64,000 bases of DNA from Porphyridium purpureum (lineage: Eukaryota): contig VRMN01000019.1 in NCBI GenBank assembly GCA_008690995.1, forward strand, positions 62,001 through 126,000. The letters are read 5' to 3'. Numbering within the stretch: position 1 is the stretch's first letter; every line of letters starts with the position of its first letter. Positions 32,147-43,332 of this stretch are shown here, piece by piece. The notes beneath the pieces are model-generated. The model did no database searches. It was not told the origin of the DNA and saw nothing but the letters and a program-made list of their open reading frames with translations. Both the position numbers and the translations under genes were made by a program.

Positions 32147-34514
32147 TGTTTGAACTTTGCGTGACTACAAGGACGTAAGCGCAAGCATGTTTCAGCGCAA
32201 TCGGTTTATTACATTTTCGGTTCGTGGCGGTAAAAAGTAATCATTCCAGTACAAGAAAAGCTTTAAATTCTCGCACGCTTGATGATGACAAGCGCACGAA
32301 CCCGGATGACACAACCCTTCTCAGATGACCGAACCCCAGCAACACGACGCACACAGCACAGAGAACACAACCACACGACGCACACAACACAGACGACGAA
32401 TACCCGGGGCGTGGAAAATCCAACGTATAGGGCCTCTACTACTGCCCTTCGCGTCGGCACAGACAGCACCGGTCTCGACAGGGGCAGGGTGTCGTAACGG
32501 ACAAAGCCGCCGTCTGCCTTCAGTGCTCTAAGAGCACCGAAACCCCCCAGACACGATGTGCTGCTGGCTCTGCTACACAGGCTCAGCAAAAGGCCCCACG
32601 CCTTCCGACGACCACGCCCAGGCACCGACACCAAAGAACAACTCTTCCTTTATTCTCTGTGTCCTACTCCCTTGCCTCTACTTCTTCCGCTCTCAAGGAA
32701 ATCCGGGGGACCGCACAGGCCCGCGCCCATTATATACCCCGCCGTCCTTGCTGTCCTTGACGCGGAAGGGAGAAATTATTTCTCCCAAAAGCTGGGCTTT
32801 TCTCCGTTCGTTCCACAAAACGAAGCCACAGCCAGCCACGTCAGCAAGCGGCTCAATGGGTGCTGGCCGGCCGCCAAGCGGCTCCTGCTTCCCTCGGACA
32901 CGCGACTTCGGCTCCTCAGGGCGAAAGACAACAATGCACAAACCAGAGGTACAGGGTAAAAAACCACGCGGGCGAAAAAGCCCCTGTACCTCAAACAATT
33001 CCAAGACGCCGTACCTCTAGGTGTCCACCCAGGGCGTCTCTCGGACCGGAACACTTTTAATCCATGAAAAGGTGCCGGAATAGCTCGTTCGTGTCCGCAT
33101 TAATGGCTATGTAACACGTCAAATGATGTTTGCCACTGTTTAAGCAAAATTATGTCTGGCGGAGACTTACAGGGAGCGGGTCTCCCCGGCACCTTGAACC
33201 TTGGGAAATGGACCGAAAATGACACGAAATGTGCTAAGGCCAAATTTTACGAGGAAATGGGCGCCAGCTGTGTTCACAACCAGAAAGAAAATTCAGTCTA
33301 AGTGGGCTACACAGGAACGAAATAGCGTGATTTGAGCGTGCACAAGGTGGTTTAAACTCTCCGGTCTAAATACTTTGGTGGCCATTGATAGATAGTTTAG
33401 TGCGCCTACTCTGTGACAGGAAAGTTTAACCCTCATTTGCGTGAAGAAACTTTTCTAGCTGCACATAATGTTCCCATGCTTTGCGTTGACGATGCGCTGA
33501 GCGGCCGTTGTAAAAAGGTGGGATCAAGCTTGACTGTTCCAGATCACGCGGCACCAATGCTCATTTTCCTCCGGCCGAAGAAATTTAGGAGTGGAGACAA
33601 GGTGGAGCTTCTGGTCTGGCCAAGCCGTGCTCGCTGGACTTCACTATTGTGAATAACCGGTAAATGTCCTAGAACGCAAGCTTTACGAAGGTGCACAACA
33701 GTTCTTTACTGTGCAGCGGCTCAAGCATGCCATCGGACTGGCTCAAGAGACTTTGGCACATCCGCTGTCCCGGCCAATTTGCGCGTCGCGCTTTTGCCGA
33801 AAGGCGTGTGCGGCTATGCGCATTTGCCAGGCGCACACGTGCAAGCAAACCGCGACCGACTCCGACTTTTTTATCTCACAAGCAGCCAGGAATGCGCTGC
33901 GCTCGCAACCTCTGTGCGCGCCACGTCGCGTTTTTCGCCACAGTGCTGCCTCGTTTCTATAGTAAATTGGGTTATTTTAGTAGGAAAAAAGCAATAGAGC
34001 GTTGCGTTTTGGTCTTGTGCCTGGTGCGCACGGGAGATTTGTCGCACGCTCGCACGCACTCAGCGGCGGCCGCGACGGCTTGCGGCATTTGGGGTGACGC
34101 GGCGCGCGCATCGGTTCCAACGCGCTCCAACGGCGTGCTTGGGTGCTGACGCTTTCAGCTCGCGTGGACGTGTGCGTGCGTTGGCCGTGTCAGCAGCTGC
34201 GTTTGCCGGTGCGGGTGGTCGTGAGGGTCGAGCGGCTTGGCTGTTTTGTGCCGAGGTGTCCCGGTGCTCATACGCTCGTGTCGCGCACAGAGCAGGATGA
34301 ACGTGTCGTGCGGCAGTGGCGCGCATGGGTGAGAAAAAGATGTCCGAAGTCACTGGGCTTATTCTAAGTCGATTGTGATTGGTCACTTGATTGTTTGGCA
34401 TTGCCACACGTATCACGTTGCGCTGTATCAGGCGGAGCGACGCACATTGGGCTCAGACGATCGGCGTGCAATCGAGGCGTTCGCTGCGATTCCAGCCAAG
34501 AATTGCACGGCATC

Positions 34515-36542
34515 ATGCGCGCAACGAAGACTCACCGAGCTCAGGTAGCCGTGCCACGCGCGCTCGTTGCAATGACGCTTTGTGTTGTGATGGCTGCGTT
34601 TGTGAGCGTGGCTGAGTCACGCGCATCTTCTGGCGTTCCCAGTGCCCCATTTGGGAGTCTGCGCGCAGCTAGCTCATGGTACAAGCATGTGATGGAGCGC
34701 ATTGCGCGCGAAGCGAGCGAGTCGCACGCGCTTGACGGCATGCAGTGGTCACAGAGAACGGAGCGAAAGGCGCCGCCGCCGCCGCCGCAGCAGCTTCGAC
34801 AGATACCGACACGCAAGGGTTCCATGCTGCTGGACGCACTGGCAGAGGATCAGAACGCGCGCCTCCGGAGCGAGCTGAACGAATGGCATGCGCACGTGGC
34901 GTCGCGACCATCGCTGCGGCACGAACGCATCGCTGCGCAGCGCCAGGTTGATGAAGTCGATATGTCGTTGTTCTTGCCACCGGGCACGCACTATGATATA
35001 ATTGTGGGTCGTGCGCCGCCGTTTGTTTTTATTGACCCAGACACGTCGTTGGGCATTGAGCGCTACTCTGGCTACAGCGTCGACCTGATCGAGATTCTTT
35101 CTGTCATGCTCAACTTTACCTATACGATTCAGGGCGAGGCCGGCGTGGGCAGCACCGCTGTGATCTCGCAAGTTGTGGACGAGAACAACACGATCAACAT
35201 GGCGATTTCGGCGTTCACGATCACGTCTGCGCGCCTAGCGATTGTGGACTTTACTCAGCCTTTCTTCTTGCTCGGGCTGCGCATTGTGCACAACCCGAGG
35301 CCAGACTCGCAGGACCTGTGGCGCATTTTCGTGCCGTTTGAGCCGCTGGTTTGGGGTCTGATTGTGGTGGCGTTTGTGGTGATTTTGCTTTCGTACGCGT
35401 TGTTTGAGCACGGCCTCAACGACGCCGAGTTCCGCGGTCGCCCGATCAAGGACGTGTTTTTGTCGCTGTACTATGTGTTCCAGACGGCGGTGCAGCAGTC
35501 GACGCCGCTACCGGAAACCACCGAGGGCCGGCTGCTGATGATCGGCTCCACGGCGTTCTTTTTCATCCTGGCCGCGACGTATACTGCCGAGCTGGCGTCG
35601 TTTCTGACTGCGAATAAGGTGTTTGAGCTTATTTCGGATGTGGACCAGAACGGCGAGATTAACGAGATTGATGTGGCATCCGTGTCTGAGATCCTCACGC
35701 TGCTGGCGGACTCGAGCATCGAGAGCTGGTTTGTGCAAAACGCGCTCCAGAATGCGCCACGCAATTATCAGTACTGCTACCGCTCGTTCGAGTGCCTTGA
35801 AATGGTGGCGAACGGCACGGCTGGCGCGACGATCCTGGACGCGCCCGCGGCCGAGTACTTGCTTGGCACTGAGGCGAGTTTCAGTTCGCTGGAGCTGCTG
35901 GGCGCCGTGATGAACCCGCAGGGCTACGGTATTGTGCTGCGGCAAGACGACCCGAACACGCCGTTTTTCAACCGCGCGATTCTGCTGCTGCGCGAGACGA
36001 GCATGCTGGCTCAGCTCCGTGCGTTGTGGTTCCCCGCGCTGAGGGTGGGCGATAGCGACGATGCGCTTGACCCGGTGACGATCCAGGAAGTGGGCGGCAT
36101 CTTTATCATCCTGGCGATCATTCTGGGCATCGCGTGGCTGTTTTACATTGTGCGCTGGATCTTGTACAGAACGAAAGCGGTTGAAGACCACCGCCACGAG
36201 CCCAATTTGACCAAGCCGCCGGACCAGCGTGTGCGGGAGCAGAATGCGATGCTGATGAAGCTGCTGACGCACGGCCGGCTGCCGGAGCGCTCGGTGCGCA
36301 CGCGCCTGCTCATGAAATCCGCGCTCGAGACCAGCATTGATGCGGACCGCCGCCGCGTGGACATGCCGGACGCGTACGGCAGCGGCCGGGGCAGCAAGTC
36401 GGGTGTGCTGCACGGCTTTGAGGACGCGCACTCGGACCATGGCGAGCTCGAGTCGAGCGTGCATTCGGGCGAGCTCATGCCAGGCGTCACGCGGCGTCTC
36501 AAAGGCGCGGCAGACAAGCTTCTCGGGCGTGAGCAGCGATGA
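34515..36542 (+). CDS. Ionotropic glutamate receptor-like ligand-gated channel
   Basis: Signal peptide; S1 (PPFVF, GYSVDL, FTITSARLAIVDFTQPF); M1 PFEPLVW; pore loop AVQQS; M3 ATYTAELASFLT; S2 GYGI; M4 GGIFIILAI. Confidence 0.9.
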   Translation: MRATKTHRAQVAVPRALVAMTLCVVMAAFVSVAESRASSGVPSAPFGSLRAASSWYKHVMERIAREASESHALDGMQWSQRTERKAPPPPPQQLRQIPTRKGSMLLDALAEDQNARLRSELNEWHAHVASRPSLRHERIAAQRQVDEVDMSLFLPPGTHYDIIVGRAPPFVFIDPDTSLGIERYSGYSVDLIEILSVMLNFTYTIQGEAGVGSTAVISQVVDENNTINMAISAFTITSARLAIVDFTQPFFLLGLRIVHNPRPDSQDLWRIFVPFEPLVWGLIVVAFVVILLSYALFEHGLNDAEFRGRPIKDVFLSLYYVFQTAVQQSTPLPETTEGRLLMIGSTAFFFILAATYTAELASFLTANKVFELISDVDQNGEINEIDVASVSEILTLLADSSIESWFVQNALQNAPRNYQYCYRSFECLEMVANGTAGATILDAPAAEYLLGTEASFSSLELLGAVMNPQGYGIVLRQDDPNTPFFNRAILLLRETSMLAQLRALWFPALRVGDSDDALDPVTIQEVGGIFIILAIILGIAWLFYIVRWILYRTKAVEDHRHEPNLTKPPDQRVREQNAMLMKLLTHGRLPERSVRTRLLMKSALETSIDADRRRVDMPDAYGSGRGSKSGVLHGFEDAHSDHGELESSVHSGELMPGVTRRLKGAADKLLGREQR

Positions 36543-36970
36543 GCGCGCGCAGAGTTGGCTCATGCCTGGTGCGCGGCGTGCGAGCCTGCAAATCGTGTGG
36601 TCTGCGGTAAACCCCCTTTCGCACGACTCGCGCAGTCGCTTGCGCGTTCCATTCATTCAGACAGTGCCAGCATATGGTCATTCACGCCATCTCGTGCCTC
36701 GCACGCAGCGCCTTGCACTCCACACACCCTCACCATCCTCACAGCGTGTGCGCGCGTGTCCCGCGACCGTGGCGCGCCCGCGCAGCCCCATTCGGCGCGA
36801 CCGCCCGCGCGAAACCCACACACGCCCCGCGCGTTGCACACGCCCATCCCATTTATAAGTAACCGCCCAATCCACCGCGCGCGTCGGGTGAGTCCCCGTC
36901 TCCGCTCGGTTCTTTCTACGCCTCGGAGGATTCAAGCACCCGAGCGGGGCTACGAATAAAAGCTCGGTCG

Positions 36971-37000
36971 CTTTTGCTTTTGCTTTTGCTTTTGCTTTTG
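36971..37000. repeat. (CTTTTG)5 microsatellite
   Basis: Five exact copies. Confidence 0.95.
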
Positions 37001-37974
37001 CGCAGGTGCCGGCCCTTTTTCAGGGAACGCACCACCACGTGGTCATGCGTCGACGCCTCTAATAAAACACACGCGCTTTGCTATACAACCAGAAGTCCCC
37101 CGCATCACGCGCAGGTAAGGGAACGTCCCGCGAAGCGATGGTTTCTGTGTGGTAGATTGTCGATTCGCCTCGGCGCGTCCACGACGCTTGTCTGTCTGCG
37201 AGTCACTTTGCTATGGCCGGTAATGGTGTTTTTTCACCATTGTTGGTCGTTGTTGCAAAGGAGGAGTGGTGCTCGGTGAAAAGACAGGCCCGCCGGCTGC
37301 CAATAGAACGCGTGCGTTTAGGTACAAACGCAGCGAGCGTTTGTGTGCTGGGTGAGCGAGCTTTTGCGCGGGGGGTCGCGGTATGCGTCATTTGCCGCTC
37401 ACCCACAAAGACGGACGGCGAATCTGACCATGCGCCTCGATGCCGTGTGGAGCGCCGGGTGCACGGCCGTTTACATGAGGGAACGCACGCCGCGCGCGCA
37501 CGTGTGCGCGATATCGCGTGCCTTTTGGTAGCACGCAGAGAGAGAGAGAGAGAAGGCGAGAGCGGAACGTGCCGTCGTGGTCAACTGCGGTTCACACGCG
37601 TGTGAAGGGAGTGCGGGTGGGTGAGCCGGGTGGAAGGATTGGGCGCGTGGTGTTGCGGAATTATTACGCGAGACGCGCCGCCTCCGCGGTGCTGGCGCGC
37701 TGCGGTGGTGGTGGAGGTATCTACGTCACGCGCGGAGGCTGAGGGGGTCGGGTGGTTCGTGCGGGCGGTCAAGTCGCCCGCGACGTTAAAGGCGTCAGCG
37801 CGACGGTCGGGTTAGTGCGTCGGGTGGAGGCGCCGCGCGCGTGCGGGGAGGCAGACGCGCGGGACAGCCGTGGGGGTGCTTATATTATTCACGGAGCGCG
37901 TGGGTGTGTGAGTGGCGGGGGTGGTAAGGGGGCAGACGGCGAGGTTGGGGAAGGGGAGAAGAGGGGGAAAGGTC

Positions 37975-38601
37975 ATGGGGTGCGCGGCGGTGGGTGCGGT
38001 GGATGCGATCATGGCACAGCCGGTGGCTGATGGGTACTCGGACGAGGTGTATAGGCGGCAGGCGCTGACAGGAAAGATAGTCAAGCCGTCGCCGTCACCG
38101 CCGCAGCAGCGCGCGGGAAAGGTGCGGCGCGCGCGGGGAGCGGAGAAGCGGCAAAGGGTTGACGCGCGGCTCGAGCACGCGGCAGGTGCGCAGGAGGGGG
38201 ATGTGATCTCTGCACACGGCACACGCGCGCAGCAAGAGGAGCTCGTGCGGTATCTCAGCACGGCGCAAAGCTTTGTGGGGTTTGAATTCAACGCGCAGAT
38301 GTTTGTGCTGACCGTGAACCGGCGCCTGCCCGCCGGCGGCCAGTGCGCATTCAACGCAGACTCGTTCCAGCGCGTGCTGGACGAGCTTCCGTCCGACGAC
38401 GACGACGAGATCGCAGCGTGCGGCGGCAACGCGATGCGAACAGGATCAAGTAGCCGCCAGTCCCGGCCGTGCTCGCCCGCGGCAACGTCCTCGCTGCCGC
38501 CGTGGCGCCACACTGCCGAGCCGCAAGCGCCCGGCGCCCTCCTGGAAGAAGACCCCACGGTATGCTGCGCCGTGCAAGAATTATTCAACTTTGAAGACTA
38601 G
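37975..38601 (+). CDS. Hypothetical protein
   Basis: ATG-initiated GC-rich ORF with coding-like codon usage, a basic patch and an acidic DDDDE tract; no recognised domain. Confidence 0.5.
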   Translation: MGCAAVGAVDAIMAQPVADGYSDEVYRRQALTGKIVKPSPSPPQQRAGKVRRARGAEKRQRVDARLEHAAGAQEGDVISAHGTRAQQEELVRYLSTAQSFVGFEFNAQMFVLTVNRRLPAGGQCAFNADSFQRVLDELPSDDDDEIAACGGNAMRTGSSSRQSRPCSPAATSSLPPWRHTAEPQAPGALLEEDPTVCCAVQELFNFED

Positions 38602-39689
38602 CGTTCGCGCTGCTTCTGTTTAAAATCGCACGCGCCGATGCGGGCGCGCAGAGTACGCGCGAGGCTTGCTGTGGCGGCCAGTGACCGCCGCCCGCGCAGA
38701 TGCAGCAGACATGTGAATAACTCGGCTGGCAGTAGATGACTATTTATGTAAATGCGTCCGAACCTCTCCTGCTGCTGCCCCGCGCGCCAACCGGGACCGC
38801 GCCGCCCCACCCATTCACTGTACCCTAGGCACAGGCCACTGTACCGTATTTCAAATACCCACTGTACCCCATCCGCCGTGGACTGTACCGCCGCATGTGC
38901 AGCCTCCAGCGCCGCGCGCGCGTGTGCGGTTGCGGCTCTTTCGCCTGCGTGGCTGACTGCGGCGCGCGTTGGCGTGAATCCGCCGTTGCGCGCGACGCTC
39001 GGCGCACACGTGGAGACCGGCATGCCGTCACGCACCGGAGCACACATTCTCACACATTCACACCCATTCACGCAGTTCCTGGCGCTGTCCCAGACAAAGT
39101 GTGGCTGGCAGGCAGCAGCGCGGCACGTCGAAAGAGAAAAGCAAGAACGCGCGCACGTCGTTTGTTGTTTCCGCAGGTGGTGCGCAGGTTCTGCAGGCTT
39201 TGCGTTCTTGGTTGTGGTTGTTGCCGCGCGTGGTCATTGGTGCCGCCACGCGGCACATTCTCCACCCACAGCTGGGCCTGTTTGCCTGCTTGGCACAGTG
39301 GTTGACTGGTTTGGACGCGGCGTTCTGGCAGGGTGGGTGTGGGTGCGTACTGGCGGAGTGGCGGCCATTGTTGGAAACGTGAGCGGGCTGTGGGTGAGCG
39401 CTACCGAAAGAACAAGTTCCAGACAGGACGCAGCGCGTGCGGGTTTCTCCCGTTCGAGACGCTTGGTCCTGGTGAAAAGGCGCGCTGGCAGGTGAGGTGT
39501 GAGCGTGGGGAAAGTCACAAGTCGAAGCAGTACAAGAGCGGTTGAGAACAAGCGGGGATTGTGTCAGCCTCGGCACACAAGGGCGAGATTCCGTGACGAC
39601 GCTCCTTCCTTAGAGGCGCTATTAGTAGAAGGCAACGGGGTGGCCGCGCAGATTGGTGTTCCGTCACTGCTGACGACGCGAGGTGGTGG

Positions 39690-42032
39690 ATGATGGAAGA
39701 AGGGTCACGGCCCGAGGCGACAGGTGGGCACGCGCTCGCACAGCCGCCGACTGCGTATCGAGAGCAAGGTGTTGACCGCAGCCCCGCGGGCGCGCGCATG
39801 TCGACAAGCTCGTCCAGCGGGATGAATACACCCTTGCCACGGCACGCGGACAAACAAGACGCCGAGACCCACGGCACGCACGCGTCAGACAACGCCGAGG
39901 ACCGGGCAGAGCTCGCCAAGCAGTTGACGTTCAGGCCGGGCGAGCGCGTCGAATGGTCCAACCTCGATTTTTACATTCCAGTTTCGGACCATTCGAGCGC
40001 GTTAGGCAAGCTCCATCCCAAGGCCGCGGCTCAGGCAGTCGGCCACGCCGTGCAGAAGCTGCGACGTGATCAGGATGCGGACGAGCTGCATCCAGATGTA
40101 GAGAAGCAAGAAGGAGACAGCACCCCCGCCAAGTACAAACACGCATTGCACGGCGTGAGCGGGTGGGCAAAGCCGGGCGAAGTGCTCGCAGTCATGGGCC
40201 CAAGTGGCGGCGGGAAAACAACCTTGCTGCACTCGCTAGCCGGGCGTGCTGTGTATGGCGAGACGCACGGCCAAGTGACTTTTAACGGTGCGCCACGCAC
40301 CAAGGATACGCGGCGGCGTCTTGGCTATGTGCTGCAGGACGACGTGTTCTTCAGCAACCTGACCGTGCGCGAAACGCTGTGGTTCACGGCAAGGCTGCGT
40401 GTGAGCGAGGAAGTGCCCATGGATGCGAAGAAGCAACGCGTCGACGATGTCATTGCGCGCCTCGCGCTCGGGCGCTGCGAGAACACATTGATCGGCAATC
40501 AGACGAGCCGCGAGCGCATCAGCGGCGGCGAGCGCAAGCGCGTAAACATTGCGAACGAGCTGCTCACCGATCCGCCCATCTTGCTGCTGGATGAGCCGAC
40601 GTCGGGGCTCGACAGCAACACGGCGCTCTCTGTTGTGCGACTGCTGAAAGAACTCGCGCACACGACGCAAAAGACCGTCATCACCACCATCCACCAACCG
40701 AGCTCGCAGATCTTTGCCGAGTTTGACAAGCTGCTGCTCCTGTCGGAAGGCCACGTGGTATACTTTGGTCCAGCGTGCGATGCGGTCGACTATTTTGCTT
40801 CCGTGGGCTACCCGTGCCCCATGGGGTACAACCCGGCGGATTTCTTCCTCGAGCTCCTCACCCTCGAGGACCTCAACCCACACGAGCAGCTTGCGCCCAT
40901 TAAGGCGACGCTGCAGGAGGCCTGGAAGCGCGTGGAGCGTGAACGCTTGCTGGAAGGCGGACGTGGTCACGCAAGCGAGGTCGGCGACGGTCCTGGTGAG
41001 GCAGAGGGCGGCACGCCCCGTAAGACCAAGAGCTTGACGCGTGACGCGCTGCAAAAGGCCGCTTCACTGAAGAAGGTCGTGAGCCATCGGGCGTCCGAGC
41101 TGGGCAAAACCGTGTCTGACGTTGCGAGCGGTAGGGATAGCGCCAAATACCCTGTGCGTTGGACGACTCAATTCCGTGTGCTGGCAGAGCGCGCGTTCAA
41201 GCAAAAGCGTGGGGATCACTTCAAGCCGATCCTTATGTTCCAGTACGCGTTCATCACGCTCATTGTCAGCTGCCTGTGGAGCAACATGGCTGAGACCGAG
41301 ACGACTATCAACGATCGGTTCGGGCTGCTGTTCTTTACCAGTGTGTTCTGGGGCTTCAACGCGATGTTTCAGGCGCTGTATGCGCTGCCCATCGAGCGCT
41401 CTGTGATTGCAAAGGACCGCGCGTCCGGTAGCTACGCCATGTCAGCGTATTTTTTGGCCAAGAGCACCATGGAGCTGCCCGTCGAAATTTGGTACCCGCT
41501 CATTTCGTCTACGATCGTATACTGGGTGTCCGGATTGCGTCGCACTTTTGGTGCGTTTGTCTTGTACGTCATATCGCTCATGTCCACCTATCTCGCTGCC
41601 CAGAGCATGGGCCTGATGGTATCAGCAGCAGTCATGAACGTGCAGCACGCCCAGGTCATCTCCACCTGCCTCATGCTGGGTAGCATGCTCGTGGGTGGCT
41701 ACTATGTGGCTCGGAGTAACATTCCGAACTGGCTTTCGTGGATCCAGTGGCTTTCGTATGTGCAGTTTGGCCTCTCGTCACTCGCCATCGTTGAATTTGA
41801 CGGCAACACGTACGCATGCGTGCCCAGCGATCCCACGGAATTCAGCCGCGGTGGGACCAGCTGCCCCGTCACGGGCGCAGACATTTTTGATGCCTATGGC
41901 ATTGACGCGTCGCTCGGCTTTGGCTTTTATTTTGGCATGAGCGTGATGTTCTTTGTCGTGGGCAGATTCATCGCCTACCTATTCCTTCGCTTTGCGCACG
42001 CCACGCACAAGGCCAAGATCAGGACCCGCTGA
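39690..42032 (+). CDS. ABCG (White-family) half-size ABC transporter
   Basis: GPSGGGKTT, ISGGERKRV, LDEPTSGLD, TIHQPS and NPADF, followed by a multi-TM ABC2 membrane domain. Confidence 0.95.
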   Translation: MMEEGSRPEATGGHALAQPPTAYREQGVDRSPAGARMSTSSSSGMNTPLPRHADKQDAETHGTHASDNAEDRAELAKQLTFRPGERVEWSNLDFYIPVSDHSSALGKLHPKAAAQAVGHAVQKLRRDQDADELHPDVEKQEGDSTPAKYKHALHGVSGWAKPGEVLAVMGPSGGGKTTLLHSLAGRAVYGETHGQVTFNGAPRTKDTRRRLGYVLQDDVFFSNLTVRETLWFTARLRVSEEVPMDAKKQRVDDVIARLALGRCENTLIGNQTSRERISGGERKRVNIANELLTDPPILLLDEPTSGLDSNTALSVVRLLKELAHTTQKTVITTIHQPSSQIFAEFDKLLLLSEGHVVYFGPACDAVDYFASVGYPCPMGYNPADFFLELLTLEDLNPHEQLAPIKATLQEAWKRVERERLLEGGRGHASEVGDGPGEAEGGTPRKTKSLTRDALQKAASLKKVVSHRASELGKTVSDVASGRDSAKYPVRWTTQFRVLAERAFKQKRGDHFKPILMFQYAFITLIVSCLWSNMAETETTINDRFGLLFFTSVFWGFNAMFQALYALPIERSVIAKDRASGSYAMSAYFLAKSTMELPVEIWYPLISSTIVYWVSGLRRTFGAFVLYVISLMSTYLAAQSMGLMVSAAVMNVQHAQVISTCLMLGSMLVGGYYVARSNIPNWLSWIQWLSYVQFGLSSLAIVEFDGNTYACVPSDPTEFSRGGTSCPVTGADIFDAYGIDASLGFGFYFGMSVMFFVVGRFIAYLFLRFAHATHKAKIRTR

Positions 42033-42184
42033 GTGGGGGGGAATTCGCCTCGAAGCGGCCGTTAACTTTCAGGTAATAAAAGATAGGGACGCGCTATCCC
42101 TTGTCAACTGCAAAGATTCCTTTGGCGTCTCACTTGTGCGTGTATTGACCAGCACGAATTTTGGCGGGACCGCACGGCTATGTC

Positions 42185-43048
42185 CTATCCGATCATGTCG
42201 CGCTTACGCCCACGCATTCGCACGTCCTCGAGACGCCGCAGCACGCGCGCGCCACGCTGGGCGTCTTCGCGCGGCCAAGCCGAGGCATAGGCTTCCATCA
42301 GCGCCCGGCCTAGCCTCGCCGCGAGCTTGTTGTGCGCAGACTCGATTGCACGCTCCAGCACGTACAAATCAACCGCGCGCTCTTCATCACCTTGCTTGGT
42401 GCACACGTGGCTGAGGCCAAAGTCGATCATCGCGAATTCAAAGTCCTGTCCGGCACTCTGACCGCCTGATGCACGCGTCGGGTCGCGGCGCCGCACCATC
42501 ACATTCGATGTGGTGAGGTCGCCGTGAATGATGCCGCCCGCATGCAGCACAGCAGCGAGCGAGCCGAGCTGCGTACCAATCTCGTCCACGTCAGAGCGTG
42601 TTTCAGAATCGTCGCCTACACGTTGGTCCGCGTCTCGCTGCTGTGATTTGAGCGCCAGCGCATCGCGCTCGAAGAGCACAAGCAGCGCCTTGACGGGCAT
42701 CCATCCGTGCGCCGCGTCCAACAACTCCATGTAGATCGCGTGGGCGCGTGCGTCCACGTGATAGATAAGCGGCGTGCGGATGCCAAGCTGGCGCGCGCGC
42801 AACATCAAGCGCACCTCCTGGCTGAGGCGCTTGGCGTTCAGCCGGGCGTCCAGCTCGGCGTGCCGGTACGCCTTGGGGAAGCGGTACTTGCACACCACCC
42901 GGCGCCCAAGTAGCTCGGTCACCACCACGCGCCCTTCCGCGCCCTGCGCAAGTAGCTGCTCGTGGTCGCCTGCCTCTGTCCGCATCCGCTTGGCATGCGG
43001 CGCGACAGCTAGCCTGTCCTGATCGCTCTTCGCTTCAGTGGACGCCAT
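42185..43048 (-). CDS. BUD32: KEOPS complex kinase Bud32/TP53RK
   Basis: QGAEG, KYRFPKAYRH, HGDLTTSN, IDFGLS, AVDLYVLERA and C-terminal VRMRGRKRDMIG. Confidence 0.95.
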   Translation of the reverse strand: MASTEAKSDQDRLAVAPHAKRMRTEAGDHEQLLAQGAEGRVVVTELLGRRVVCKYRFPKAYRHAELDARLNAKRLSQEVRLMLRARQLGIRTPLIYHVDARAHAIYMELLDAAHGWMPVKALLVLFERDALALKSQQRDADQRVGDDSETRSDVDEIGTQLGSLAAVLHAGGIIHGDLTTSNVMVRRRDPTRASGGQSAGQDFEFAMIDFGLSHVCTKQGDEERAVDLYVLERAIESAHNKLAARLGRALMEAYASAWPREDAQRGARVLRRLEDVRMRGRKRDMIG

Positions 43049-43059
43049 GACGCGCCCAC

Positions 43060-43332
43060 TCAGTTGCTAGACCCCGTCGCCTTGTCCTGGACTCGCCGCT
43101 CAAAGTACTGCAAGCAAAACCGGTCCACGTCCACCACACCCGAGCCACTATCCGCATCACTCGCATACGCGTGCATGAACGCGCGCACCACACCCTGCAG
43201 CGACTGCTCCAGCTGCAGCGTCAGCTCTGCGCGACGCGCCACTCGCGACTGTGCCGCCTCGTCCGCGCCTGCGTGCTCCTTTGCCACCCCGTCGTCCTGT
43301 CCCGCGCCTGCGTGCCCCGCAGCACCATCCAT
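43060..43332 (-). CDS. Small hypothetical protein (90 aa) ending 11 nt upstream of BUD32
   Basis: MDGAAG...LQLEQSLQGVVRAFMHAY...VDRFCLQYFERR; helical, weakly like Dpy-30/RIIa docking motifs. Confidence 0.45.
   Translation of the reverse strand: MDGAAGHAGAGQDDGVAKEHAGADEAAQSRVARRAELTLQLEQSLQGVVRAFMHAYASDADSGSGVVDVDRFCLQYFERRVQDKATGSSN

Noticed and set aside
32240..33100. Overlapping ORFs next to the Crypton as a second transposon gene
   Set aside because: No recognisable motif in any frame; cannot support a call.
35508..36656. Long antisense ORFs (also 40236-41054, 46891-48003, 51286-52428)
   Set aside because: Shadows of GC-rich sense genes; no domain signal.
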